A DNA stretch of 63,364 nucleotides, filler included, from Reticulomyxa filosa (lineage: Eukaryota > Protista > Foraminifera), in assembly GCA_000512085.1 (NCBI GenBank). It is 20 parts of 20 records of this genome, joined end to end, with 100 filler letters (N's around TTAATTAATTAA, not from the genome) between each part and the next. Parts side by side here need not be neighbours in the genome. Positions count along the whole stretch, not along the records: positions 35,256 to 39,997 come from ASPP01026998.1; positions 40,098 to 42,254 come from ASPP01016908.1; positions 42,355 to 43,906 come from ASPP01011591.1; positions 44,007 to 46,995 come from ASPP01019320.1; positions 47,096 to 54,740 come from ASPP01027371.1; 15 more parts are not named here. One strand, written 5' to 3'. Shown one piece after another: positions 37,981 through 50,390 of the stretch. A model generated the notes under the pieces. That model was given only the letters and a program-made list of their open reading frames with translations. It was not told the DNA's origin and searched no databases. Each line of letters starts with the position of its first letter. The stretch's first letter is position 1. A program made the translations under genes and the position numbers.

Positions 37981-39516
37981 TTTACAAACAAGCGCTGTTA
38001 TATTATTCACAGCTAACATATTTTATAATGTATTAGCATACTTTTGATACCTTTCATCTCATTTTCATAACACACAGCGCTTTTAGTTCGATCAGCATGT
38101 GGAATTTTCAAATTGGACATTTTTTCCAAATAACAAAACTAAATTTAATACGACATATTTTTTAATGTAACTGTTCAAATCGCTGAATATCATTTGTAAT
38201 AATCGTTTTCTGGTTTCACTGGCCACAATCAAATATATTGTATTTGTTGCAAAATAAGTTTTTCATAAATCTAGGTCTTGTTCAAACATTATCTTGTCAA
38301 CGTATCATATTCGTGACTTCATTTTTTTGAAAACCTTCACACAGTCAATTTATTTGTTTATACTGTGATAACAATGTTCTCATTTGGATCAAACGATTTG
38401 TACGTGGTTTACTCTGTATGCTAAACAGAAAATAATTTTCCTTCCAGAAGAAGTGTTTTTTTCATCTTTGCAGTTTATGTTATATTCAAAGAAAGGTGTA
38501 ATTCTTTGTGAGCAATACAGAAGCATCATGACAGTTTTGAGTTTTTGTTAACATGAAATCATTTAACAAAAAAATTATCTTTTTTATTATTAGAATTTTA
38601 GTACAATAAAACAAAAAAATCAATTTATATTTTATTGAAAAGTGTTTGTAATAAATTGGTAAATCCTGAAGTTTCTAAAAAGGGTCCAGTTCCTTTTTTT
38701 TTTTTTTTATCTATCATGGACATGCCTTTTTCGTTGTTTTCCAGATTATTCAAGTATTTTTTTACTCCACCGAAAACTGTGCAAGCTACATACACCGAAC
38801 TAGTTGACAGAGTTCATACGTCTAATAAGTTAAATTAAAATTTTGTATAAGTCTACATAACGTTTGAATTTTTTTAAGTATGATAATTAACTTATAATCT
38901 CTCCACTGCAACAAATGGTAAATACTTGTTCAGTTTTATCTTTTACATACAGTACAGAATGATTTCTTGAAAAAAACATATTGAGAAGTAGTTATACATA
39001 CCATTATCCAAAGAAAGCTGAAAAATAAATAACAATTTTTGTTAAATTCTATTGCCTTTTATTGAAGCAACATAACCTTGTTGCTATCATTTCCATCTCT
39101 CCTTGTTTGAATTTATTTAATTTTTTTTGTTGAGAATATAACAACTTTCAATAAAAATTTATTGGAATAATTTAATACAGTTATCTTGGCATGATAACTG
39201 TATTGTTTGTTTCTTGAATTGTCGATCAATTTTTTAACTGTTGAACATGCAATGCTAGACGCAATAACAAGGTCCTCCAAATGCAAGTATAGAAAATAAA
39301 TACACAAAAACACTTTGGCAATAACTTCCTTAAATAAAAATATTGATAGCGTTACGTACCTAAGGGATACCCACAAATATTATATTTGAAAGTCCACTTT
39401 TTCATCTGCAATTCCTCGTAATCATTTGCCATGCCAAGTTCTTGTTTTCTCCTCAAAAATTATCCATCTCATTATTGTTATATCTTTAAATTTTGTGTTA
39501 TAATAAACGAAGCAAA

Positions 39517-39935
39517 ATGTTGACAACTAAAAACAGAGAAAGGAGGAAAAGCCGCATTGGCAAAAAAGGCCAAACAAACAAAATCCAAGGCCGCACCCAA
39601 ACAAACTCAAGCCACCAAAAATGGAACTGAAAGCGAGAAATCCACAAATGTTCAGAATTCAAGTAGCAGTGCTTTGTTGAGCTTTGCTGATCCTGACAAA
39701 AAGCTCAAAGAATTTGTCCGCGACATTCATATCCATAACTTTACCTGTTCGAGAGGAAAAACACAAACAGACAAACAAACAAACAAAAATAGTAAACAAA
39801 AAAAAAACAACAAATCCAAGATACAAACATAAAACTGCACAGTGGCTCCAATCGGTGGCGGGGTACCGTTGGTTCAAGGTTCAGATATCAAGTTAATTCA
39901 TGGCCACAGATATGGGTTGATTGGATATAACGGAG
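39517..39935 (+). CDS. ABCF-family ATPase, N-terminal part
   Basis: Spliced RDIHIHNFTLAPIGGGVPLVQGSDIKLIHGHRYGLIGYNG leading into Walker A; ATG 39517 needs a 1-nt fix at the A5 run 39529-39533. Confidence 0.85.
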
Positions 39936-40137
39936 GTAATTTTTTTTGTAATCTAAACCATCTCCGCTGTCATTTATCATAGGACCAGGGTTCAGTTNNN
40001 NNNNNNNNNNNNNNNNNNNNNNNNNNNNNNNNNNNNNNNNNTTAATTAATTAANNNNNNNNNNNNNNNNNNNNNNNNNNNNNNNNNNNNNNNNNNNNACG
40101 TATTACGAAGGAAAAAAAAAAAAAAAAAAGAACTTAC

Positions 40138-40829
40138 CAGTATAATGCCCTTTTTGTTTCGTTCAATTAATTTCAAAAAATACATTTCATCATCATTTAT
40201 GTTAACATCACACAACACACAAACATTTGATTGCTTTGCATGCTCGTCGTCTAACACAACACAAATTAAGGGAATTAACCTTTCGCCCAGTTGTTCCCTG
40301 CTCCGCTTTGTCCACATACAAAACTATCCGGACGAAACAATTTGCCGGAAGGGCTGGCGATGATGCTGTTTTTGTATGTGCGTGTTTTATTTTTTTTTTT
40401 TTTGGTTGCTGTTCTCGGCGTTGTCACTTTGTTGATTGTACCAAATTGTATACGTTGTCAACTCCATATACACGTGTTCTTTGTTTTTTTTCTTTTATTT
40501 ATTTATTTATTTAACCTGTCCAACACTCCTGGTTCCAAGTCCAATAAAATGCATCTGGGAACATATCGCGTTTTTCTTATTTCGTTAAAGTACACGTTGA
40601 TTTTGTCTAATTGTGCTCTGTCCTCGCCAAAAAATGCTCCACTAGTGTCGATTGAGTGTTCATCACAAATTACATCCCAAAATTTGGCACCGATTTGATT
40701 ACCGCATTGACCTAAATACATGTGGAAATTTTAATAGTTCACAAAAACAGTCACGATTTTTTCAAGTCCGCTTGCTTGTCGGAGAAAACGTTACACCCTA
40801 CCTGCTTGGATTTGAACGATTTCTCTCAT
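40138..40829 (-). CDS. TUBB: Beta-tubulin, divergent, N-terminal part
   Basis: Exons 40829-40802, 40711-40516, 40365-40280, 40149-40138 give [21 protein letters not shown]...[13 protein letters not shown]...[15 protein letters not shown]. Confidence 0.95.
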
Positions 40830-41302
40830 TTTACTTGGAAAAAGTACTACAAAAGTAAATGGGGGAAGTGACTGAAAAGCAAGGGCTTCAACAAATTACA
40901 AAAACAACACCAAAATTGTGAGAATAAAAAGAAGAAGTTTGAACAAGATCTACACTGAACTTGAGCAGCTGCACTTACTTCTCCAAGACTTACATAATTG
41001 AAATTATTTAAATCGACAGTTTGTTCAAAGAGTTGCATTTGCTTGCAGTTGTTTTTTTAATGCTTTTTAAATTAAAATTAAAATGTAAAAGTTGTAACAG
41101 GTAGTTCAGGTAAAAGTTTTGTCCCACATCGTGGACAAGTTTGAATCGTCAACTCTTACAGTATAAACGGTATTTCAAAGTAATACAAACAAAATACGTT
41201 GCTAAGTCCCTACTTTTTGACGAGAAGATCATTTGAAAAAGTTCCCAGCATCAATAAAGTATTGAACTAGCCAAATTGCGAACGTTTGTTCTGAATAACC
41301 AA

Positions 41303-42210
41303 ATGAGTCGCAGGCCTCAAGATAGTTCAGATAGACCTGTTTCGTAAAATAAAGCAGTATTGCTTGTTTACTTTTCGTTTTGTGTAAACGCTGATTGACC
41401 CAATGTCTTCCAAATGTGTGTGATGAACATGTATATGCTAGAATGGGTCAGGAAATTTTTCCGACCCATTTTCCAGAAATTTCGATGACCCTTTTTTCCG
41501 ACATTTCGACGATATAAAGTTAATTTTTTTGTGTGTTCTGTAATACGAAGATGACATGTAGATGCTTAAAATGTTGTGTGTATTTACGTATTTATATTTT
41601 ATTGAATTAATGAAAGCCGTGAAATGGACGAAATATTCAGCAATTTTTTTAAAGACATAATTCCGCCGATTGTCCCGCCTAATGACGAAAGAAACAGAGG
41701 ACACCCAAGATTTACAATCGAAGGGCCAGCAGTACCTCGACAAGAAAGCAACGATCGAAGGCCACATTTGTCTTTGATTAACCCAGAGTTGAGTTATTAT
41801 TGTCAGATTGGGACAGTTGTGAATTTGTAAAAAAAAAAAAAAAAAAAAACAAAACAAATAAAAAAACAGAATTAGCAATCCATCAGAAAATTCATCAGTG
41901 AGAGACAACGAGTCGGATAGACAAGTGCAGCCGTATAACAGAAGAGCTCCATTTGATAGCTTTGGCTTTGATGATCATCGTCCTTGGAGTATATTCGACC
42001 GGTTTCAGAGTATGTTTGAAGTTTGGATAAAGTCTTATTTGTTTGAATGTAAAAAAAAAAAAAAAGCCAGTGCGTTTCAAAAAGAGATTGAAACGTTATA
42101 TTGTAAATTTGTGTCATAGCCTGAGTATGGCCGTCCAAGAATTGGAAACATTAACCCTGATTATGATCAACACAATGACAAACTATTTGATGACAGCAAT
42201 CCACGTATGA
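41303..42210 (+). CDS. Hypothetical multi-exon protein with FDDPFF / REMDEIF motifs (3' partial)
   Basis: Spliced MSRRPQDSSDRP|NGSGNFSDPFSRNFDDPFFRHFDDI|NREMDEIFSNFF...; loosely MLF/HAX1/sHSP-N-terminus-like. Confidence 0.5.
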
Positions 42211-42354
42211 CCCTTCTTTTTTTTTTAACTTGTTTGTTTGTTTGTTACCAATGGNNNNNNNNNNNNNNNNNNNNNNNNNNNNNNNNNNNNNNNNNNNNTT
42301 AATTAATTAANNNNNNNNNNNNNNNNNNNNNNNNNNNNNNNNNNNNNNNNNNNN

Positions 42355-42393
<39 letters not shown>

Positions 42394-42573
42394 AAGTGTT
42401 TGAAAAAGGGAAGGGACAGGGAAAGAGAGAAGAGGAAAAACACAGCAAAAAATAAGTTTAAAAAAAAGATTGATATTATTTGTGTCGTTTGAATTTTAAA
42501 AAATTATATATGTATGTGTTATATATATATATAATAATATAATAATATAATAATATAATAATAATAAAATAAC

Positions 42574-43147
42574 CAGACATCGGTCGCGAACAACTCGACA
42601 CCATGTCGGGGTCGAATACATTCTGGTGCGAGATAAGGCATGGAACCGACAAAATCTCTGACAATGCGATCACTTGGTATCCTTGGGATTTGATCGATGC
42701 ACTTGCCCGAACAACGGACACCTGTAGCATCAGGTTTATTCTTCTCCGTATTGTGATTTGTATTTTCATTGATTTTCGGACTTTGATTCTCTTTGTCTGC
42801 GTGAGGGGTTGTTGATGTTGTTGTAGTAGTAGTAGTAGCAACATTATTATTATTATTATTATTATTATGGTCATGACCGCTGTCAATGAATAAACAATCG
42901 GCCAAGTCAATTAAAACTAATTCTTTGCGAGAACTGTCTCGGAACACAAAGTTGGATGCTTTGAGATCTCTGTGAACAATGCCATGGTTATGTAGCCATT
43001 CGACCACACGACAAATTTGATTTACGTATACTGCACAGTGGCGTTCAAACTGCTGTGCATTGGTCATGGAGCCAAGGGAGTTGCTGTCGTGTGGACTCAA
43101 TTTGGATAAATGCTGTTCTGAACTTACGTTTTGAGAACACATATTAC

Positions 43148-43178
<31 letters not shown>

Positions 43179-43758
43179 GCAATGACATGCATAGTAATGG
43201 TACAAAGGTGCAATATAATCTTGCAACATGCCTCCACTCAAATATTCCAAGACGACATAATAATTGGAGTTATCCTCATACGCGTCTCTAAAGCGAACCA
43301 CACTGACATGTTCGCTGGGATGCAACTGCAATAATGTGTTCAGTTGCAAATAGTGCGTGTACTCTTTTCGGAATAATTCAAAGTGAAACTGTGCTGCTTT
43401 GTTCGCCTTTTCGACTTCTTTTTCGTTCCCCGCTCCGTTTCCACCCACAATCGCTTTGTGCTTTTTATCTTCTTTACTGCAAACTCTTCGCTCGGATTGT
43501 TCTTGCTCGTCGCGTATATCACGTGACACGAACCCCCTTCCCCGATTGTCGATATTGGCTGGTATATCTCCGTCCAAATCCATGGCATGTTCGTCGACAC
43601 CGGTGATATCGACTTTTGTCTCTTTTTTTATTCGCTTTGCTGCTCGAATCCTCACGTAGCAACGAACCCGAGCGTGTCAATTCTTCCAATTGCAATGTTG
43701 ACCAATTCAATTTTAGTAAATAAGGTTTTGTTCCTCTTGGAGTTGTTGATTGTGTCAT
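42574..43758 (-). CDS. CAMK/CDPK-like Ser/Thr kinase with Asn-rich inserts (two -1 frame breaks; 3' partial)
   Basis: IGEGGSCHV and FAVKKI in frame 43340..43600; YYVVLEYLSGG, HRDLKASN, LIDLAD, GSMPYLAPE, TDVW in frame 42519..43655. Confidence 0.88.
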
Positions 43759-44059
43759 TTCTATTATCTGCTTATATATATTGTATTGCACAAGTTTTGA
43801 AGCAAGATTAAAAAAAAAGGGGGCCGACGACATGATATATACATACTCTATTACTATTTTTTTTGTGCCAAGAAAAAAAAACGACTTGAGACGATTTTTA
43901 AAAACTNNNNNNNNNNNNNNNNNNNNNNNNNNNNNNNNNNNNNNNNNNNNTTAATTAATTAANNNNNNNNNNNNNNNNNNNNNNNNNNNNNNNNNNNNNN
44001 NNNNNNTACATGCATATTACTTAATATATACATATATGTATATGTGCATGTTGTTGTTG

Positions 44060-44533
44060 TTTTTTTTTTTTATAGTTACTAACGTTGGATTGTAACAAAT
44101 CTTCAAGCAAAGATATCCATTCGTCGTAAATCCACACAACCTGCTGATATTCTTTCTTATCTATCATTTCTTTTGTTGTGCGTACCATTGCTGTTGTCTG
44201 CTATTCTGTACAAACAAAAAAAAAATACATCCTTTGTTCGAAACGTGAAATTGTTATCTTCGCATTCTGCTTGATTTTTCTGTCCTCTAGTACTTCAAAT
44301 TTGGCAACTTTACAAATACGAGCTCTACAAATCCGATTTTTTAGCAAACTCTTTTCATCAAGTTCGCTTAGGAGAATCTCTTTTTGATTATTAGTTTCGA
44401 GCCTTGACATTAAATATTTGATTGCAGACCCTTTTGTTAATCCCTAAAGTTGGAAAACGGAACAAGGCAGAACAGACTTTTGTTGTCGATATGAATTTCC
44501 ATACCCTTTAAATCGTTCAAAATCTGACATCAT
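44060..44533 (-). CDS. Hypothetical spliced gene, N-terminal part
   Basis: MMSDFERFKR|GTATGG...TTTAG|GLTKGSAIKYLMSRLE... Confidence 0.3.
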
Positions 44534-47095
44534 TAAAAAATGGTAAATCACAAATCTATCAATTAATAAGCTACAGTTCTTCAAATTTTTAGAAATTTAG
44601 TAGTAATAAATACCAAAAGCAACATCTTTCCAATTGTACAATTTGAAAAATATTTTTATTTAATATTTTTTATCATTTTGTCCGCTTTCCTTTGGTATCA
44701 ATAGTAGCTTGTATTTGTTTTGTCATAGATTCAATTAAGTTTTTGAATATGTTTTTTAATACTTTTTTAAATTTTCTAGTTATTGTGATATTTTATTTGA
44801 TCACCTTTGTAAAGTTTTTTTTTGATTATTACCTAGATCATGTAAATTTGAATTAAATTTAATCATGTTTATTTTATTTACTGCTTTGACTTTGTGGAAT
44901 TTGTAAAACAATCAGTTTCTATTATTGTACAAGCAATACAGAATGCTTCACATCATTTTATATACAATATTTCTTTATAAATTGTGCAACTAACTCATCC
45001 TTCAATTTGCAAGAATGTGAACGCATTTAGCACTAACACAAACCATACAAACATTGGCCTTCTAATAATTTACATCAATAATATTATGTCATTCTTTTTT
45101 CCACATATATTGAATTCTATGTATTTCATATAAGTTAACTTTTATTCTTCCAAAATATGACTTTTTCCAATCATATATAGTACAATTTTGTGTTCATCAA
45201 TAAAATTAAGTCGCTTTTGTTTACGTTCTTAAGTTATATTTAGTTTTATCTTTTTTGTAATCTTATACAATCTATTCAACTTCAAGTGTTAGCTTATCAA
45301 ACAAAAAATTATGACTTTTGTTACTTAATAGTCTTTTCAAGTCTTTCAAACTAATAACGATGTCATGTTAAATCTTATTACAAATCACAAAGTTCAAATA
45401 CAAAAAAAAAAGGATCTTAATAAAGTAGCATTTTAGGTTTACTGTTATTTTTGCAAACTAATGTTAATAGAATTTCTAAATGTATTCAAAAAACTCTTTA
45501 GAAGTAACATTATAAATTATTGTTTATTATTTTTTGCATTATACTAGAAATTAAAAAATATTATGAGTAATTTTTTTAAACAAATTAAAACACTGTAATC
45601 AAAAAACATTGAAAAAGTGGCAATTGTTTTTAAAAGATTGCTTTATTGAATATTAAAACGATAAAGTTGAGATTGAAACTTTTGAAAAGAATAATTTTAA
45701 AACACGCAATTGTTCATATATGGGTCAATTTCTCAGCTAAAGTAAATAACAAATCAAATTGTAATTATGGTGTTCGGTTATATTATAGTTCATTTAGTCC
45801 AGTTTGTGTTTGAGGATGAACACAGAGATGAATTTTTAAATTTACCAGGAAAGAGTTTATTTTTCGAATAAGTTATTTAAAACAAGTGGAACTCTTCACT
45901 TTCATTCAACTTATACAAAGACTCCATACAAATCGTGATGAAAAATGAAATGCAACACATCTTTTGAATGTAATTCCATACAACTGCGTTTTGGAATTTG
46001 AAGGTAAGAAATATTTTAAATTTGAAATTGTATTTAAGGGCATTCATAAAGTCGGACATTTTTTCCCTGATTATCAAAAAGAAAAAAAAAAACCAATTTC
46101 AAGTGCAATACAGAAAAAAAAAAAAGATGCTTTTCAAAAAAAGCCAGTACAGTTTTTTTTAGGTAAACTTTTGTCATTATATGACTCCCAATTTTGCTAA
46201 CATCTTTCTCATCTGTATCAAAAACCATCACCACGCCCAAATAGAGACAAGATTGACGTTTGAAAACAAGTGACATACCCAGGAAAATTTTACATCATTA
46301 ATGACACCTTCAATTTGTTTGTTATCCGTCGCGCACGTCACATGGACTATTTCACAGAGACATTTTAAATAACTCGATTGGGCAAAGCAAAACAAAAAAA
46401 AAAGAAAGCTTAACAAAAAATGCCAGCACTATTTTCCCTTGGGAAAAAGAGATCTTCATGCTTTTTCGAGACATACTTAATAACAGCCTCTGCATTCTTG
46501 GCCTGTTCGTAATCAAAATTTGAGTCATATTTCGTAAATGGTGAGTTGATTAGTTTCTTCTCAAGTATGTCGTGTTTGTTGAGAAAGACGACTATTGTTT
46601 GTTTGTTTGTTTTAGATAAGGTGTGAGCACGTGAGATATGCCAAAAAAAAAGGGGGGAGTGGAATGCACCTTTGTCTCATTTTTTCGTCATTCACTTGTT
46701 GGTGGAAAAAAAAAAAATTTCTAACCAAATTCAGTATTAGCAAAGCGTTTGTTATGGCAGTACTCTTTGAACATATTAAAGGCTTCATCATATCGGTTTA
46801 CATTGTTATCTTCATATAACATTTGATCATAACTCGCCAAAGACATTATCCATATGACAACATTTGTATCATCAAACAATGGTAGCCATTTTCTTCGCTC
46901 TGAGCGCTTTCATTATTATTTATTATTTATTATTCTTTTTTTGGAAAAAGTTTTATTTTCCTTGCCCACCCCCCTTTTTTTTTTTTTTTTTTTAGNNNNN
47001 NNNNNNNNNNNNNNNNNNNNNNNNNNNNNNNNNNNNNNNTTAATTAATTAANNNNNNNNNNNNNNNNNNNNNNNNNNNNNNNNNNNNNNNNNNNN

Positions 47096-47135
<40 letters not shown>

Positions 47136-47137
47136 AC

Positions 47138-48672
47138 CCGCAAGGTTGCAAAATGAGGTTATTTCCTCCATACGTCTGCACCGGATTAAAAGGGTCGAAT
47201 ACATATTGCTTCGTGCCTGACCCTTGTGGCAAGTCCAAGTTTAAGGCGCCAGAAGAGCCACTTCCATCGAGATAATACGTCAGATACGAGGTGACAGGAG
47301 GCAAAGACTCGGCGGCGATCCAGTAGTTGCCTTCGGACCCCAGCCCTCCCGGCCCAAGCATATAGAACAACACGTTCCAAGGAATCACGCTGTGGATGTC
47401 GAACGGTACATTATGCTTGGCACTTTCAAAGGCCCCCGCGTAGATCTCTGGCAGCAATGTATCGAGCAGCAAGTCCAGGCCGTACGAGTTGTTGGGCCAA
47501 TTGATCGCGCCCTGTTCACAATGGCCGCCGGCATCAATCATCAAGATCTGTTGACCTTTTGCACCCTCACTACCTGTTTACAAACAAACATATTTTATAT
47601 TGTAAGTAAGTAAGTAAGTAAGTAAGTATGTGATAGATTACATAGAATCATTTTAAAAAAACTTTCGCTTTTCAAGAAATAAGTGGTGATGGGAAAAAGA
47701 ATACGTATACGTATATCCTTATAACCTCCCCCCCCTTCATTTTTTTCTTTTAATTTTTTAAAACTCAAAACAAACCTGTTTCATTGATGGCCAAGGCCAC
47801 TTGTATTTGGGTGGTTGAAAAGATGTCATACCACCCAGCAAAATGCACCATTGGGAAGTCAAACAGGTCCCATTTCGACTGGAAGTCACCATTGATGGGA
47901 TACCAATAAGGGCCAAAGGGTTCATTCTCCAAAACCGTGTCAATGTACGAAGCTTCGCCAATTTCGGTCAACCACCCACTAATGAGCGACTCCACATACG
48001 CCCCACCTTGATAACACGTTTCATGCAACATGTTGGTCCCCACCAACAGCACCGCCGTTTGGATGGCTTTGAACTCGGGCACAAAGTACTTTTCGTACAA
48101 CGTATCCGTCATTACTCCTGCAAAGTCGACGTAATGTGCTATGGCATCGGCCGACACGCCCTGCACGCCCATGAGACTGTCGCTCCATGTTTGCTGCAAT
48201 AACCATGCAATTGTGTCAATCGTGTCATTGCCGTCGGTCCGCCAAAACGAATACGACCCATTGCTCAGATACCTACCACGAACATCTTGGCCTAAATACG
48301 CGTATCCATATGATATCGCTGTTGCAGCATCACCACTTAGCCCATCTTTATTTTTTTTTTTTTTTTTTTTTTGTAAAGTTTTATGGGTCTTTGCATGTGC
48401 ACATGTATGTACAACATGGACCTGCATTATAAGGAGTTTTTTCGTATATTGTGGAAAATGGACCATCTGTCAATGGCCCTGGAAAATACACATCCGTTCT
48501 CAACGCCACGTTGTCTCTTGTCATTATGTATACGGTCATATTTGGCGTGGGTGAGTCCTTGACACGACCGGGAGATCGTTTCTTATATAAGGCATTGCTC
48601 AAAAATACCTATTGTCGGCTGAACGAAACAATAGATAACACAGGAAAGTACAACCAACGTCGATAGTTTCAT
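47138..48672 (-). CDS. Secreted CocE/NonD (peptidase S15-like) alpha/beta hydrolase (3' partial)
   Basis: Exons 48672-48422, 48345-47776, 47573-47138; MTRDNVALRTDVYFP, TPYN, QDVRGRYLSNG, GVSAD, AGWYDIF, GGHC, FDPFNPVQTYGG; signal peptide joined by a 1-nt fix at 48601-48605. Confidence 0.88.
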
Positions 48673-49093
48673 CTCGTGGAAAATTTGTGTTGAGATACAG
48701 AGTTTCTCCGTGCACCCTTGGACCTTCAACGCTTTGTCTTAGAAATACTTTTAAACGACAACTTTCTTTCAAAATATGTACACAGCCGTTTTTGTGCAAA
48801 GTCCAATCTTTTCTAAAATGTAAAAGAAACAATAAGCACTATATTCAAAACATTGTACACGTCTTTCCATTTAGTATTTGTTTGGCAAACGTGTAGCAAC
48901 GATTTTGTGAATCAAATCGCTCTTCTTTTTCATTTTGAATTGTGTTAATCTTCTTCCTTGTGCGCCTTAAAACGCGAGCGACTGGTAACGGGTGTTGCGA
49001 CGGGCTCCAGGAAACTTGGAAAAAATCTAAACAAATCTGGTCCAAACATTTATTGCCATTGCTATCAAATAGTGGCTTTCTAAGTTTTTGACC

Positions 49094-49587
49094 ATGGTAA
49101 AATCAAAAAAAATATGCTCTTTGGCAAGGGATCATGTTTTCTTGTGGGTAAGACAGTAAAGTTTTTGAACAAACACGCAAACAGGCTCGCAGAACAAAAA
49201 AAGTCGGCATTTGTGGTAAATATGGTACCCGTTATGGTGCTTCTCTCAGAAAACACATTAAAAAAATTGAAATTAGTCAAAGAGGCAAATATCGCTGCCA
49301 GTTTTGTGGAAAGAGCAAAATGAGAAGACAAGCGGTAGGAATCTGGAAATGTAGATCATGTGAAAAAACAGTAACAGGAGGTGCTTGGACACTCAGGTAG
49401 GGCTTATTGATTTCTTTTTTTTGCGCATTTTCGGAAATTTTTTTTTCCCTCTCAAAACGAATTTTTTTTAAAAGATTATTTAATAATGGAAAATTTTTTT
49501 TTATTTGTATGTACTTTTTGTAGTACCGATGTTGCAACTGCCGCAAGATCAGTTATTAGAAGATTGAGAGAACAAGAAGGGTTGTAA
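49094..49587 (+). CDS. RPL37A: 60S ribosomal protein L37a (eL43)
   Basis: Exons 49094-49096, 49185-49396, 49524-49587: [24 protein letters not shown]...CQFCGK...[10 protein letters not shown]...GGAWTLST; missed by the ORF track. Confidence 0.96.
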
Positions 49588-50390
49588 GCAAAATAATGAG
49601 AAGCCCGGCCGATACTTTGTTTTTTCTTCATTTTGGACTTGTTCAAAAATGAGTTATGCACAATTTTTTTTTGGCACAGCATTCAAAATGAGTGCAATAT
49701 AATGTCAAATTAAAATTACTTTTTGCTGAAAATGTCTAATCTCAATCCTATGTTGGCCCAAAAAAATATTTTCATGGATCCGACAGGAGCTATTTTCTTA
49801 AAATTCTATATTACTTTTTTTAACTATTATGACAATAATATCCAAACATACGCAAAACATTCATATTCTGATATGCATAAAAGGTCTTTTTTATGACCGC
49901 ATTGATAAAACTTAATTCTTTGGAAGAAAAAGCAGCTATTTTTTTTAAAAAAATTATTCTTTAAAATCACCTCCAATTTCATAAAAAATTGACTATTTCG
50001 AAACAAACTTTAGTATCCTCACAATCTAATATGGCAGACCAAATCACCGAAATCACAACTACGGAATATGTGTACTTTAAAGCTTTGGACAAGACTGAAA
50101 CCAAGCTTGGTTCAAATCACTTCCGATTTTGAACACTTGCGAACACAAATTACATTTATTGTGTCAATTGCCATTTATTACATTGTCATAATTTGTAAAT
50201 ACTGTTTTTAACGCTTTGTTGATCTTTCACTTCAATCCTTTTTTTTCAATTGCTTGTACATGATATCACTATTAAAAATTCACGTGGCTTTCACTCTACC
50301 ATTTCTAAACACGCCGTTAAGCAAAAAAGCGTTTGCTTTATGTTTCCCCTTTTGGCTCGAAAAAATTTCTTATCATTCCCAAACAATAAA

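Noticed and set aside
39517-40829. Functional clustering of genes across spacers (e.g. ABCF with tubulin, DPH5 with its neighbour)
   Set aside because: Genes on both sides are truncated, so gap size and even adjacency are unknown
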